A stretch of DNA of 64,000 nt, from positions 4,634-68,633 of the forward strand of contig JBDRON010000102.1 of NCBI GenBank assembly GCA_043810025.1. The letters are read 5' to 3'. The first letter of the stretch is position 1. The number at the start of each line of letters is the position of its first letter. The notes beneath the pieces are model-generated. The model saw only the letters and a list, made by a program, of their open reading frames with translations. It did no database searches and was not told where the DNA came from. The position numbers were made by a program, and so were the translations under genes. The stretch comes from Elusimicrobiota bacterium (GTDB taxonomy: Bacteria; Elusimicrobiota; JBDRON01). Shown piece by piece: positions 30,008 to 38,838 of this stretch.

Positions 30008-31082
30008 AGTTTTTTTTAAAAATACCTCTAGCCTCTGTCCGATTTGCCGGGAAGAAATTAAGGCTCAGCTTTTTCAAAAAGAAGGCGGAATCATGATCGC
30101 TAAAGAGTGTCGTTTACATGGGCAATTTAGCGCTCTGGTTGATCCCGATGCTGATTTGTATCGGCAAGCAATATCTCACCGGCAAAAAAGAGGAGAAATT
30201 CCCTTTGCGACGGTTATTCCCGTTACCCAAAGATGCAATTTAAAGTGCCGCTGGTGTTATTTACCGGAAAGAGGAAGTGAACCGGAGATAGCGGCGATTA
30301 AGAAAATAATTGAACGGTGTCAGTCCAAATTTATCGTTTTTTCCGGTGGAGAACCAACCTTAAGCACAGATTTGTTTGAATTAATTCGTTATCTAAAAGC
30401 AAAATATTCGGCGAAGTCGGCGGTCCTGCTGACCAACGGCCTTAAACTTGCCGATGCGGACTATTGCCGCGAACTGAAAAAAGCCGGCTTGGACTATCTT
30501 GTTTTTTCCTTTAATGGTTTTCGCCCGCAGACTCATCAATATTTTAATCATCAGGATTTGCTGCCCTTAAAATTAAAAGCTTTAGAAAACATTAAAAGAT
30601 TGAAAATCTGGACAATACTGTCCATGACTTTAGCCAAAAATGTTAACGAAGATGAGTTGTCAACGGTGTATCAATTTAGTTTAAATAATTTGGATTTTGT
30701 CCGGCAAATCAGACTGCGCAATGTTTCCGAAATTGGCATTTATCAGAAAGGAAAGCTTCTTTATCTTTCCGATTTGATTAAAATAGTTTCTCAGGCCAGC
30801 GGGATTTCCCTTGCAGAGATGTCGAAGAATAATGCTAATTTTAATCGCTTCAACAAAACCGCTAACTATTTTGTGCTGAATATAAAAATGCCATATAGCA
30901 AACAAAACACGTCAGTTGTTGAGAAAGTAAATTTTCGCCTGGAGATTTTTTTCTGGCCGACGCTCTTAAATATCGATTTGCGCCAATGCCGCCTTTTTAA
31001 TATTGATCATTTAACCAATACTGGAGAAATTTTGCCTTTCTGGGAAGCCCTTTATCAAAATGAAAAAAAGTTTGTGGGTTAA
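29997..31082 (+). CDS. Radical SAM protein with a Tes/MJ0619-like N-terminal metal-site domain
   Basis: TSSLCPIC...IAKECRLHG; CNLKCRWC; SGGEPT; LLTNG; C-terminal GEILPFW. Confidence 0.8.
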   Translation: MVTEVFFKNTSSLCPICREEIKAQLFQKEGGIMIAKECRLHGQFSALVDPDADLYRQAISHRQKRGEIPFATVIPVTQRCNLKCRWCYLPERGSEPEIAAIKKIIERCQSKFIVFSGGEPTLSTDLFELIRYLKAKYSAKSAVLLTNGLKLADADYCRELKKAGLDYLVFSFNGFRPQTHQYFNHQDLLPLKLKALENIKRLKIWTILSMTLAKNVNEDELSTVYQFSLNNLDFVRQIRLRNVSEIGIYQKGKLLYLSDLIKIVSQASGISLAEMSKNNANFNRFNKTANYFVLNIKMPYSKQNTSVVEKVNFRLEIFFWPTLLNIDLRQCRLFNIDHLTNTGEILPFWEALYQNEKKFVG

Positions 31083-31929
31083 AATTATCCGTCCTTTTAT
31101 TTCCCTTTTGGCCGGCTTACTTAAATCCCCGGTAAATATTTATCAAATGGATTTTGACCGGTGCGCGGAAACTTATGATTCAGCGGCTACCAGGAATCTG
31201 CTGGGAGGAATTACCGCTGAATTAATCAAAAAATTAGATTTAAAATCCGGCTGGCGTTGTCTGGAATTGGGTTGTGGCAGCGGAGAAGCGACAAAAATAA
31301 TTGACCGGTTGATTCAACCTAACGGTTCCCTGAAGGCCTGTGACATCTCGGAAAAAATGATTAATGCCGCCAAAGCAAAATTTGCCGCAGATAATTCAGT
31401 AACTGAATTTGTTCAGCAAGATATGGTGAACTTTTTGCAGGAATGCCCGGCTAATTATTTTGATCTTGCCGCTGGTTTCTGGTCGATTGATTACAGCGAT
31501 CCTAAAAGAATACTATCCGAGATTAAGCGTGTGCTGGTAAAAAATGGAATGACGGCGATGCTGGTCAATACTCAACAGTCTTTGCTGGAATTGCAGGAAA
31601 TTGTTGTTCCGCTATTGCTCAAGCACCCTTTTGCCTTAAAGTGTTTACCCGGAATAAATTTCCCCAGAAGCGCTAAATTCTTTAAAAAACTTACGGAAGA
31701 AGCCGGACTTGTTTTGGAGAGCATGGAGAATAAAAAATGCCAATATTGTTTTCAGTCCGCTGAGGCCGTAATGGTTTGGATGAAAGAAGGCGGTCCTTGC
31801 GCCGGTTTTCGCGGGGCCTTAAAAGAAAAATATCGGGAACATATCTTTGAGCATATTCGGGAAAGAATAGAGCGTAAAGGTAACCTTACTGTTACTTTTG
31901 ATTATTTAGTTTACATCGGTAAAAAATGA
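31060..31929 (+). CDS. Class I SAM-dependent methyltransferase
   Basis: CLELGCGSG motif I; ACDISEKM; FDLA. Confidence 0.88.
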   Translation: MKKSLWVKIIRPFISLLAGLLKSPVNIYQMDFDRCAETYDSAATRNLLGGITAELIKKLDLKSGWRCLELGCGSGEATKIIDRLIQPNGSLKACDISEKMINAAKAKFAADNSVTEFVQQDMVNFLQECPANYFDLAAGFWSIDYSDPKRILSEIKRVLVKNGMTAMLVNTQQSLLELQEIVVPLLLKHPFALKCLPGINFPRSAKFFKKLTEEAGLVLESMENKKCQYCFQSAEAVMVWMKEGGPCAGFRGALKEKYREHIFEHIRERIERKGNLTVTFDYLVYIGKK

Positions 31930-33065
31930 TTAATCAGCCAAAAACATTTAGGGGCCGCTTAAATCGTTGGAAAACAAAAGCGTTAATTACCGCTCAGGAT
32001 TTTCTCTTGCCGACATTGGGGGAGGCAAAACCCGGCTCATTTTGGCAATCGTTGATCAGAAATTTTTCTCAAAAATTTATCGGCGGCTACCCTTATGTAA
32101 TTAAGCTTGATCTGACCAATCGGTGTAATCTGAAATGCAAAATGTGTTATGCCGCCAACGACGGAACTGCATTGTCTTTTGAGAAAATAATTGAAATTTT
32201 AAGCCAGTTCCACAATGTCCCAATCCGGCTGGATTTGTTAGGCGGCGAACCGTTAATGCGCGATGATCTTGTCGAGGTTGTTAAATTTGCCAAAGCAAAA
32301 ATTAGGGTTAAGCAGATTGTCCTTTTTACCAATGCCACTCTGATGACGGAGAAACTGGCCAATAATTTGTTTTTGGCCGGTGTGGACAAAGCCTTGGTGA
32401 CTTTTATTTCCTTCGATGCTCAAAAACACGACGCTTTTACCGATGTCCCGGCTTCCTGGGGTCAAGCGATAGAAGGGATTAATCATCTTGCTAAAGCCGG
32501 CATCAAAACGCATACCTTTACGGCGCTGCACCGGGAAAATATCGGCGATTTTGAGCAAATAAATAAGTTTGTTCAAAATAAACTCAAACTTCATCCGCTT
32601 TTTTATCAATATGTGCCGCAGAGAAAAAATGATCCACTTTCACCGGATCCAAACGATTGGCAGAAAATAAAAAACCAAATTTTGTCGGCCAATGCCGAAC
32701 ATTTCCGTTACATCAAAAGAGTTCTTACTTTTTACGGAAGGATCTGTTTGGGGGGACATTACTCATTTTCGATTAAGACGAACGGCGGTGTCACTCCCTG
32801 TCCGTTTATTCGCGATCCGGAAATCGGTAATGTCTTTAAAGAGAATTTTTGGGACATTTTTGCTCAAAGATTCGCCAAGGAAAAATTTAGGAAATTTATG
32901 AGTTTACCTGAAGAATGCCGTAAATGTTCAATTAAAAATTTTTGCGGCGGCGGTTGCCGAGCGGGAAATAATTTGACTGATGCCGGTTATTCAAGATATG
33001 ACGATAGCTGTCCCGGACCATCTTCAGAGCCGGTTTCAATAAATACTTTACCGACCTTTTTTTAG
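31926..33065 (+). CDS. Radical SAM/SPASM protein
   Basis: CNLKCKMC, GGEPL, CLGG...VTPCPF, ECRKCSIKNFCGGGCRA...C. Confidence 0.9.
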   Translation: MINQPKTFRGRLNRWKTKALITAQDFLLPTLGEAKPGSFWQSLIRNFSQKFIGGYPYVIKLDLTNRCNLKCKMCYAANDGTALSFEKIIEILSQFHNVPIRLDLLGGEPLMRDDLVEVVKFAKAKIRVKQIVLFTNATLMTEKLANNLFLAGVDKALVTFISFDAQKHDAFTDVPASWGQAIEGINHLAKAGIKTHTFTALHRENIGDFEQINKFVQNKLKLHPLFYQYVPQRKNDPLSPDPNDWQKIKNQILSANAEHFRYIKRVLTFYGRICLGGHYSFSIKTNGGVTPCPFIRDPEIGNVFKENFWDIFAQRFAKEKFRKFMSLPEECRKCSIKNFCGGGCRAGNNLTDAGYSRYDDSCPGPSSEPVSINTLPTFF

Positions 33066-33134
33066 AACATTTTTGCCTTTTTGGTGTTAAGTGGTCAAAT
33101 TTACTGCTTTCATCGGGTTAGACAACAGATTAGT

Positions 33135-33175
33135 AATTTTGTTCCAATTATTATTTTATTTGCTATAATGTGGGA
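33135..33175 (+). repeat. Right 41-bp direct repeat / promoter of the DUF2062 gene
   Basis: Identical to 26608-26648; includes TGCTATAAT, followed by gATG. Confidence 0.9.
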
Positions 33176-33176
33176 G

Positions 33177-33596
33177 ATGAAAGGATTTTTCTACGGGAAG
33201 CTTGTTGAGCCGATAAAAATAGCTTATCAAAAGCTCTTGCGCCTAAACAATACGCCGCAGGAAATTGCTTTCGGGTTTGCGGTGGGGGCGTTTATCGGTG
33301 TTTTCCCGACTTTCGGGTTAGGCGGTTTGTTGATTATTGGGTTGTGTTATTTGTTCCGCCTAAATTATGTCGGGGCGGCGGCTGGGGCGGTGATTATCAT
33401 GAATCCGCTATCTTCTCCTTTGTTCTGGGCGATTAGCGCCTGGGTTGGGGGGCTGATTTTTTCCCGGGATGCGGGGATAATTATTGCTTCCTTAAAGAAC
33501 AAAACTTTGTTTAAGCATCTGGACGATCTGGCCGTTGTTTATCTGACCGGCAATCTGATTATCTCCCCCTTATCGCTGTTATTTCCTATTATCTAG
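33177..33596 (+). CDS. DUF2062-family membrane protein (C-terminus probably continues to 33652 in the -1 frame)
   Basis: TPQEIAFGFAVGAFIGVFPTFG...NPLSSP; -1 frame reads LIAVISYYLVKKIIKSRRR. Confidence 0.8.
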   Translation: MKGFFYGKLVEPIKIAYQKLLRLNNTPQEIAFGFAVGAFIGVFPTFGLGGLLIIGLCYLFRLNYVGAAAGAVIIMNPLSSPLFWAISAWVGGLIFSRDAGIIIASLKNKTLFKHLDDLAVVYLTGNLIISPLSLLFPII

Positions 33597-33644
33597 TAAA
33601 AAAAATAATCAAGAGCAGGAGAAGGATAGGAGAAAAACAAATAA

Positions 33645-35534
33645 ATGTTTAAGATAGATATTTATGAAGTGAAAAAAAATTTTCTCAAAATTGCCATTGT
33701 TTATTTGATTTTGGGGCTGGGAGCGATAATTCATGCTCAAACCCTAAATCAAGCGATGGAAGAAACGGCTAATTTTAATTACAAAAAAGCCCTGCTGATT
33801 TTGGGGCAGTTACCCGGCAAGCCGCTTGTTCAAGAACAGCTGGCCTGGGCCAACTTGCGGGCCGGCCAATATAAAAGGGCGATAAAAATATTTTCCACTC
33901 TTGACCAAAATGATTACCAGACTTTATTTGGTTTAGGTCTGGGATATTTTCTGAATCAGCAGTACGATCAGTCGTTGCTCTGGTTTCAGCAATGCCTGAA
34001 GATAAATAAAAATTGCGCGGCTGCCGAATATTTTTGCGGGGAAATAAAAAACATTAAAGGGTTAAGCCGAGAGGCCGTTAAGCACTATCGCCATACTTTA
34101 AAGTTGGATTATAACTTTTCGGAAGCGATATTAAAACTGGCCCAAACTTACGAAAACTTAAAAGAATACGATAATTCATTTCGGGAGTGGGCCAGGATCG
34201 CCGGAATTGATCCGCAATTTAAAGGGGCGGAGCAAAGAAAGCAAACCTTGCTGGCTTTGATTAGCAAAAAACCGGAAGATATTTTGTCTTCGAAAAAGAT
34301 TATTCAGGGAACAGTTGTCCCTGCGGCGGCTAACGCTAAGAATATCCCGTTGTTAAGAATCGGGATAGCCCAGGGGATAGATGAGATAAAACTATGGTCA
34401 GCGGACGGTTTATTGGTTAGCGACAACGAAAAAACATTTTTACAGACCGGAGCCGGTGAAACTTTCATACTTAACACATCTTCAGAAATTTTTAAAAATA
34501 AAAAGCAGATTATTGTTCATACAAAAGCCGGCAACTCCGGGATAGTGGTTAAGGATGTAAAATTTGCCCCGGGGTTTGCCTGGGCCGGTATCGCCGACCG
34601 GGAGTATCGCGGACATATTGAGGTAAACTTTGGCCCCGGGGCCTACCTGCTGGTCAATATCGTCAATATCGAAGAATATATTTATTCAGTTTTGCCGTCG
34701 GAGATGATTTCCAGCTGGCCAAGAGAAGCCTTGAAAGCGCAGGCGGTTATTGCCCGGGGAGAGGCGATGTACAAAAAAGATTTTTCTAAACCGCATAAAA
34801 AGGATAATTTTGATCTCTGCGATGACCAGCATTGTCAGGTTTACAAAGGTATAAAAGTGGAAAGTTCGCTGGTCCGGGAAGTCGTTGATTCCACCCGCGG
34901 CGAAGTGCTGGTTTATCAGGATAAGATTATTCATAGTTTGTATTCTTCGAATTGTTCCGGTCATACCCAGTCATCAAAAGAGTTAAAGGGTTGGGGCATT
35001 GTTCCTTATTTGTTTGGAGTGATAGACGGGGAATTGAATTTTCCAAAGGATTTGACGGGGTTGGAGCACTGGATTAAGTATCCGCCGGATATTTTTTGCG
35101 CGCCTTCCCCGTATACCTATTATGCGGAGAGCCGTTGGATCAGGGTAATTTCTCAGGACGAGCTCGAAACTTTTCTGAACAGAAATTATCTGCTGGGTGG
35201 GATAAAAAAAATAGTTCCGCTAAAACGCTCGGAATCCGGACACATTAAACTGTTGGAGCTTACCGGGACAAAAGGTATCGTGGAGATAGAAAAAGAAAAT
35301 TTGATTCGGGACATTGCTTTTGGCAAACTTCGTTCAACTAATTTTACAGTGGAAGGTTATGGGATGACGGAGACAGAGCTTCCCAGGTATTTTATTTTCT
35401 GGGGGGCCGGCTGGGGCCATGCGGTGGGACTATGCCAGTCTGGTGCGGCAGGGATGGCCGCCAAAGGATTTAAATATGACCAGATATTAAAAAAATATTA
35501 TCAGAATACCAACCTGAAAAAAATGGGGTATTAA
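33645..35534 (+). CDS. TPR plus SpoIID/LytB-domain protein
   Basis: TPR helices; EEYIYSVLPSEM...EALKAQAVIAR; CQVYKG; GWGHAVGLCQSGA. Confidence 0.9.
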   Translation: MFKIDIYEVKKNFLKIAIVYLILGLGAIIHAQTLNQAMEETANFNYKKALLILGQLPGKPLVQEQLAWANLRAGQYKRAIKIFSTLDQNDYQTLFGLGLGYFLNQQYDQSLLWFQQCLKINKNCAAAEYFCGEIKNIKGLSREAVKHYRHTLKLDYNFSEAILKLAQTYENLKEYDNSFREWARIAGIDPQFKGAEQRKQTLLALISKKPEDILSSKKIIQGTVVPAAANAKNIPLLRIGIAQGIDEIKLWSADGLLVSDNEKTFLQTGAGETFILNTSSEIFKNKKQIIVHTKAGNSGIVVKDVKFAPGFAWAGIADREYRGHIEVNFGPGAYLLVNIVNIEEYIYSVLPSEMISSWPREALKAQAVIARGEAMYKKDFSKPHKKDNFDLCDDQHCQVYKGIKVESSLVREVVDSTRGEVLVYQDKIIHSLYSSNCSGHTQSSKELKGWGIVPYLFGVIDGELNFPKDLTGLEHWIKYPPDIFCAPSPYTYYAESRWIRVISQDELETFLNRNYLLGGIKKIVPLKRSESGHIKLLELTGTKGIVEIEKENLIRDIAFGKLRSTNFTVEGYGMTETELPRYFIFWGAGWGHAVGLCQSGAAGMAAKGFKYDQILKKYYQNTNLKKMGY

Positions 35535-35548
35535 AGGAGGAAAAAAAG

Positions 35549-36382
35549 ATGAAAAAATTTTTTCTGTTAGTTGTAGTTCTGTGCGGTTTGGGGTGGCAGT
35601 TTGGGTTTGCCGAGGGGGAGAGAAATATTGTTAAATTGGGGAAAGATGTTTTGATTGAAGAAAATATGGTTGTAGACAATGCGGTGGTTGTGGGGGGTAA
35701 TTTGACGGTTAACGGAAAAGTCAATAATGATGCGGTGTCGGTGGGCGGAATGGTGTTTCTTGGTCCGAATGCTTTGGTTGGAAAGAATGTCGTTTCGGTG
35801 GGTGGAGAAATTCAAAAAGACGAGACTGCGGAAATCGTCGGTAATTTGGTGGAAGTCAATATTCCCGGACTGGCCAGGTTTAGACCATCGACAGGGAACT
35901 GTATCTGGAAAAAATTGTTCTGGGGGTTTAGAGTCTTAACCTTTATTGGTCTTTTGGCGATGGCGTTGCTGCTTGTGGCCATTCTACCCAAGCAGATTGG
36001 CTTAATTTCCACGCTGATCGAGTCCAGTTTGGGGAAGTCTATTTTCTGGGGGGGGGTTGGGGCAATCTCCATCATCCCTGTGGCGGTTTTACTGACGGCC
36101 TCGATAGTCGGGATATTATTTCTCCCCATTGAACTTGTTCTGGTAATGCTGGCTTTTTTGGTTGGGTATATCGCTGTTGCCCAACTGATCGGCAAAAAAA
36201 TATTTGCGGCTTTAAAGAAAGACGGGCAGCCGATGGTTTGGGAAGCTTTTCTTGGACTGGTCATCTTGTTTATGATTGGCTTTATTCCGATCTTGGGCTG
36301 GTTTGTTAAATTGGTCGTTGGCTTGAGCGGTTTCGGCGGAATTATTTTAACCATTTTTAAAGCTAAACAGCAGAGGAATTAG
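35549..36382 (+). CDS. Membrane protein with an N-terminal polymer-forming/beta-helix-like repeat
   Basis: Signal peptide; repeats AVVVGGNL/AVSVGGMV/VVSVGGEI; 5 C-terminal TM. Confidence 0.7.
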   Translation: MKKFFLLVVVLCGLGWQFGFAEGERNIVKLGKDVLIEENMVVDNAVVVGGNLTVNGKVNNDAVSVGGMVFLGPNALVGKNVVSVGGEIQKDETAEIVGNLVEVNIPGLARFRPSTGNCIWKKLFWGFRVLTFIGLLAMALLLVAILPKQIGLISTLIESSLGKSIFWGGVGAISIIPVAVLLTASIVGILFLPIELVLVMLAFLVGYIAVAQLIGKKIFAALKKDGQPMVWEAFLGLVILFMIGFIPILGWFVKLVVGLSGFGGIILTIFKAKQQRN

Positions 36383-36384
36383 TC

Positions 36385-36424
36385 TTAGAAATTAGAAATT
36401 TTAAATTATGAATTCTGAATTATT
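36385..36424. repeat. Degenerate heptamer tandem (TTAGAAA)
   Basis: ttagaaa ttagaaa ttttaaa ttatgaa ttctgaa. Confidence 0.55.
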
Positions 36425-36438
36425 ATTTTCCAACATAT

Positions 36439-36644
36439 TGTCACAGTTGTCCGCTAAAAAAGTCAATGTCGTCGATATACTTGCAAAATAAAGGTCTATG
36501 TCTAGCTAGCTATTAATGCACCCCTCACCCTCCCCTCTCCCACAAGGGGAGAGGACAAATCTATTCGTAATTTCCTCTCCCTTGAGGGGAGAGGATTAAG
36601 GTGAGGGTGAACATCTTCTGAATTTTTACCGGACAGCTGTGACA
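36439..36644. mobile_element. Putative MITE (206 bp) carrying family-B repeats
   Basis: 22-bp TIRs tgtcacagttgtccgctaaaaa / tttttaccggacagctgtgaca (20/22), flanking TAT direct repeat; family-B doublet at 36519-36610. Confidence 0.7.
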
Positions 36645-36747
36645 TATTGTATAATTTACTTATGGTGGAAAAAAGTCAGAAAAAAGGGCGATTGGTCAAT
36701 TTACAAGTAAGTAAAAATGAAGTATCATATAGTTTAGTTCTTTGCAT

Positions 36748-36781
36748 TTCCCCTTTGATAAAAGGGGGGTCAAGAGGGGTT
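36748..36781. repeat. Half family-A repeat
   Basis: ttcccctttgataaaaggggggtcaagaggggt. Confidence 0.7.
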
Positions 36782-36787
36782 GAAAAA

Positions 36788-37168
36788 GTGGCGAAGAAAA
36801 AAGTAATGATTATTGATGATAATGAAGAATTTTTGGTAGAACTGAAAGAAGTTCTAATGTTGAATAATTTAGAGGTGGTGGCGATTAATGATGTGGCTTC
36901 TGTTATTGAGAGGGCTGAACAAACTAAACCGGATCTAATCCTGGTTGACCTGAAAATGCCCAAGAAAAGCGGTTTTCACATCGCTGAGGAATTAAATAAA
37001 ATTCCTCATCTGGCTGATATCCCGGTAATTGTGATGAGCGGTTTTTTCACCGAGATTGAGAAGGCGAATTTGATCAATGTTTATGGCGTGCAAAAATGTA
37101 TTAAAAAAACCTTTGATCCGGCTGATTTAGTCGTCAAAATCGAAGAGGTGTTGGCGGGCGTAATTTAA
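36788..37168 (+). CDS. Stand-alone response regulator receiver protein
   Basis: VMIIDD, PDLILVDLKMP, K of KTF; the upstream ORF extension is repeat-derived. Confidence 0.85.
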   Translation: MAKKKVMIIDDNEEFLVELKEVLMLNNLEVVAINDVASVIERAEQTKPDLILVDLKMPKKSGFHIAEELNKIPHLADIPVIVMSGFFTEIEKANLINVYGVQKCIKKTFDPADLVVKIEEVLAGVI

Positions 37169-37183
37169 AAAGGGGAGGCAGAA

Positions 37184-37780
37184 ATGGAGAAAAAAGTTGT
37201 TTTTTATTCAGTGAATGACTATGCGGGTTTGTTGGGGATAGCCGGGTTTAGCGAGACACTTTTAGTTAATCATTTCAAACTTTATCAGGGATATGTAAAA
37301 AATATAAATTTAGTTCTGGAAAAACTTAACGCGTTAACTTCGGAAGGAAAAGACCGCGGTCCGGAATACGGCGAACTTAAACGGAGATTTGGCTGGGAGT
37401 TTAACGGAATGCGGTTACACGAATATTATTTTGAAAATTTGGGCGGCCAGGAACCGATAAATCAGGGAAGCTCTCTTTACAAAAAGATTGCTGAAAGTTT
37501 TGGTTCTTTTGACGTTTGGAAACAGGATTTTGTTTCCACCGGTTCGATGCGGGGTATCGGTTGGGCGATACTTTGTCAGGATTTGCCGGGCGGTCAGTTG
37601 TTCAATGTCTGGGTTAACGAACATGCTTCGGGCCACTTGGCTGGGGCAAAACCGATTCTGGCGCTGGATGCATTTGAGCACTCCTATTTTACCGATTATC
37701 AGTTGGAACGGGGAAAATATATCGAGGCCTTCTTCAATAATATTAACTGGGAGAAAGCTGCGAGCCGGTTAGTCGCATAA
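37184..37780 (+). CDS. Fe/Mn superoxide dismutase family protein (divergent, ChrC-like)
   Basis: HFKLYQGY, NGMRLHEYYF, GIGW, DAFEHSY. Confidence 0.85.
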   Translation: MEKKVVFYSVNDYAGLLGIAGFSETLLVNHFKLYQGYVKNINLVLEKLNALTSEGKDRGPEYGELKRRFGWEFNGMRLHEYYFENLGGQEPINQGSSLYKKIAESFGSFDVWKQDFVSTGSMRGIGWAILCQDLPGGQLFNVWVNEHASGHLAGAKPILALDAFEHSYFTDYQLERGKYIEAFFNNINWEKAASRLVA

Positions 37781-37868
37781 GTGTAAGAGCCTATTTTTTA
37801 GCATTCAAAAGAGCATGGGTCATGGACTGTTTCTTGTCGCGCTGTTCTAGGGTTAAGCAGGTGAAAAA

Positions 37869-38690
37869 ATGCCGAATAAAATTTTGCTTGTTGACGACGA
37901 TCCGGAGTTCCGTGAGGAGTTTAAGGCTTGTTTTGAAGAATACCCAATAATCGATGTTGCTAACGGCGAATCGGCATTAAAGATATTGGAACAACCCAAC
38001 GACATCGACCTGGTGATGCTTGATGTGAAAATGCCGGGGATCAGCGGGATCGAGGTGCTGAAAAAATTAAAAGCAATTTCTCCGGATCTGGGGATAATTA
38101 TTCTAACCGGCAGCGCTTCCCGGGAAGTAATAATTGAGGCTTTAAAAGGGCATGCCGACGATTATCTGGAGAAACCTCTGAATGTTGAAGTGGTCAAAGA
38201 GATTATTGAAAAAGTTTTAGAGAATAAGCGCGGATTAAACGATATCAATAGCAGTGATACAAAGGGTAAAATAGAAAAAGTAAAGGATTTTATAGAGAGA
38301 AACTGTTTTAAAAAAACCATGTTGACGGATGCGGCTGGAATAATTTATCTCAGTCCGAAATATCTGAGCAGGATTTTCAAACAAAATACCGGCGAGAGTT
38401 TTAGCCGGTACCGGTTAAAAATAAAAATTGAAAAAGCGAAAGAATTTTTGCTTAAAACCGGATATAATGTGAATCAGATAGCCGAAAAATTAGCCTACGA
38501 AAATACCGAATCTTTAATCAGAGAGTTTAAAAAAATAACCGGTTTTACCCCAACCAAATACCGGAAAAAAAAGATTTCAACCTCATCCCGTTTATCTGGC
38601 CCAAAACTATACTTTAGCGATACAACAAATAAACATACCGCAGGTGCAAAATCAACTCGAAGAACAGCTAATAATAAAATATTGGTTTAA
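37869..38690 (+). CDS. Response regulator with AraC-type HTH
   Basis: LLVDDD, MLDVKMP, YLEKP; YLSRIFKQ...YENTESLIREFKKITGFTPTKYR. Confidence 0.9.
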   Translation: MPNKILLVDDDPEFREEFKACFEEYPIIDVANGESALKILEQPNDIDLVMLDVKMPGISGIEVLKKLKAISPDLGIIILTGSASREVIIEALKGHADDYLEKPLNVEVVKEIIEKVLENKRGLNDINSSDTKGKIEKVKDFIERNCFKKTMLTDAAGIIYLSPKYLSRIFKQNTGESFSRYRLKIKIEKAKEFLLKTGYNVNQIAEKLAYENTESLIREFKKITGFTPTKYRKKKISTSSRLSGPKLYFSDTTNKHTAGAKSTRRTANNKILV

Positions 38691-38730
38691 GGAAATTATA
38701 TCCACGGAAATAAACAACTTTGATACTTGC

Positions 38731-38815
38731 GTGTTCCCCCTTTAAAAAGGGGGATAAGGGGGATTTAGAAAATAATTGTTAAATCTCCCCTACCCCTCTT
38801 TATAAAAGAGGGAAA
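38731..38815. repeat. Family-A palindromic doublet
   Basis: gtgttccccctttaaaaagggggataaggggg...ctcccctacccctctttataaaagagggaa. Confidence 0.85.
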
Positions 38816-38838
38816 AAAATACTCATAAATATCGGAGG

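Noticed and set aside
28347-33065. RiPP (ranthipeptide/mycofactocin-like) cluster because of SPASM enzymes
   Set aside because: No small Cys- or aromatic-rich precursor, RRE or peptidase visible; UbiA and Tes-like partners point to non-peptide substrates. Not fully excluded
33645-35534. Sporulation system from SpoIID/LytB
   Set aside because: The family is widespread in non-sporulating bacteria as a peptidoglycan hydrolase; no other spo genes are present
36647-36787. N-terminal ORF extensions (also 915, 11903, 49262, 50830, 52112)
   Set aside because: They run through repeat sequence; better SD-supported starts lie downstream
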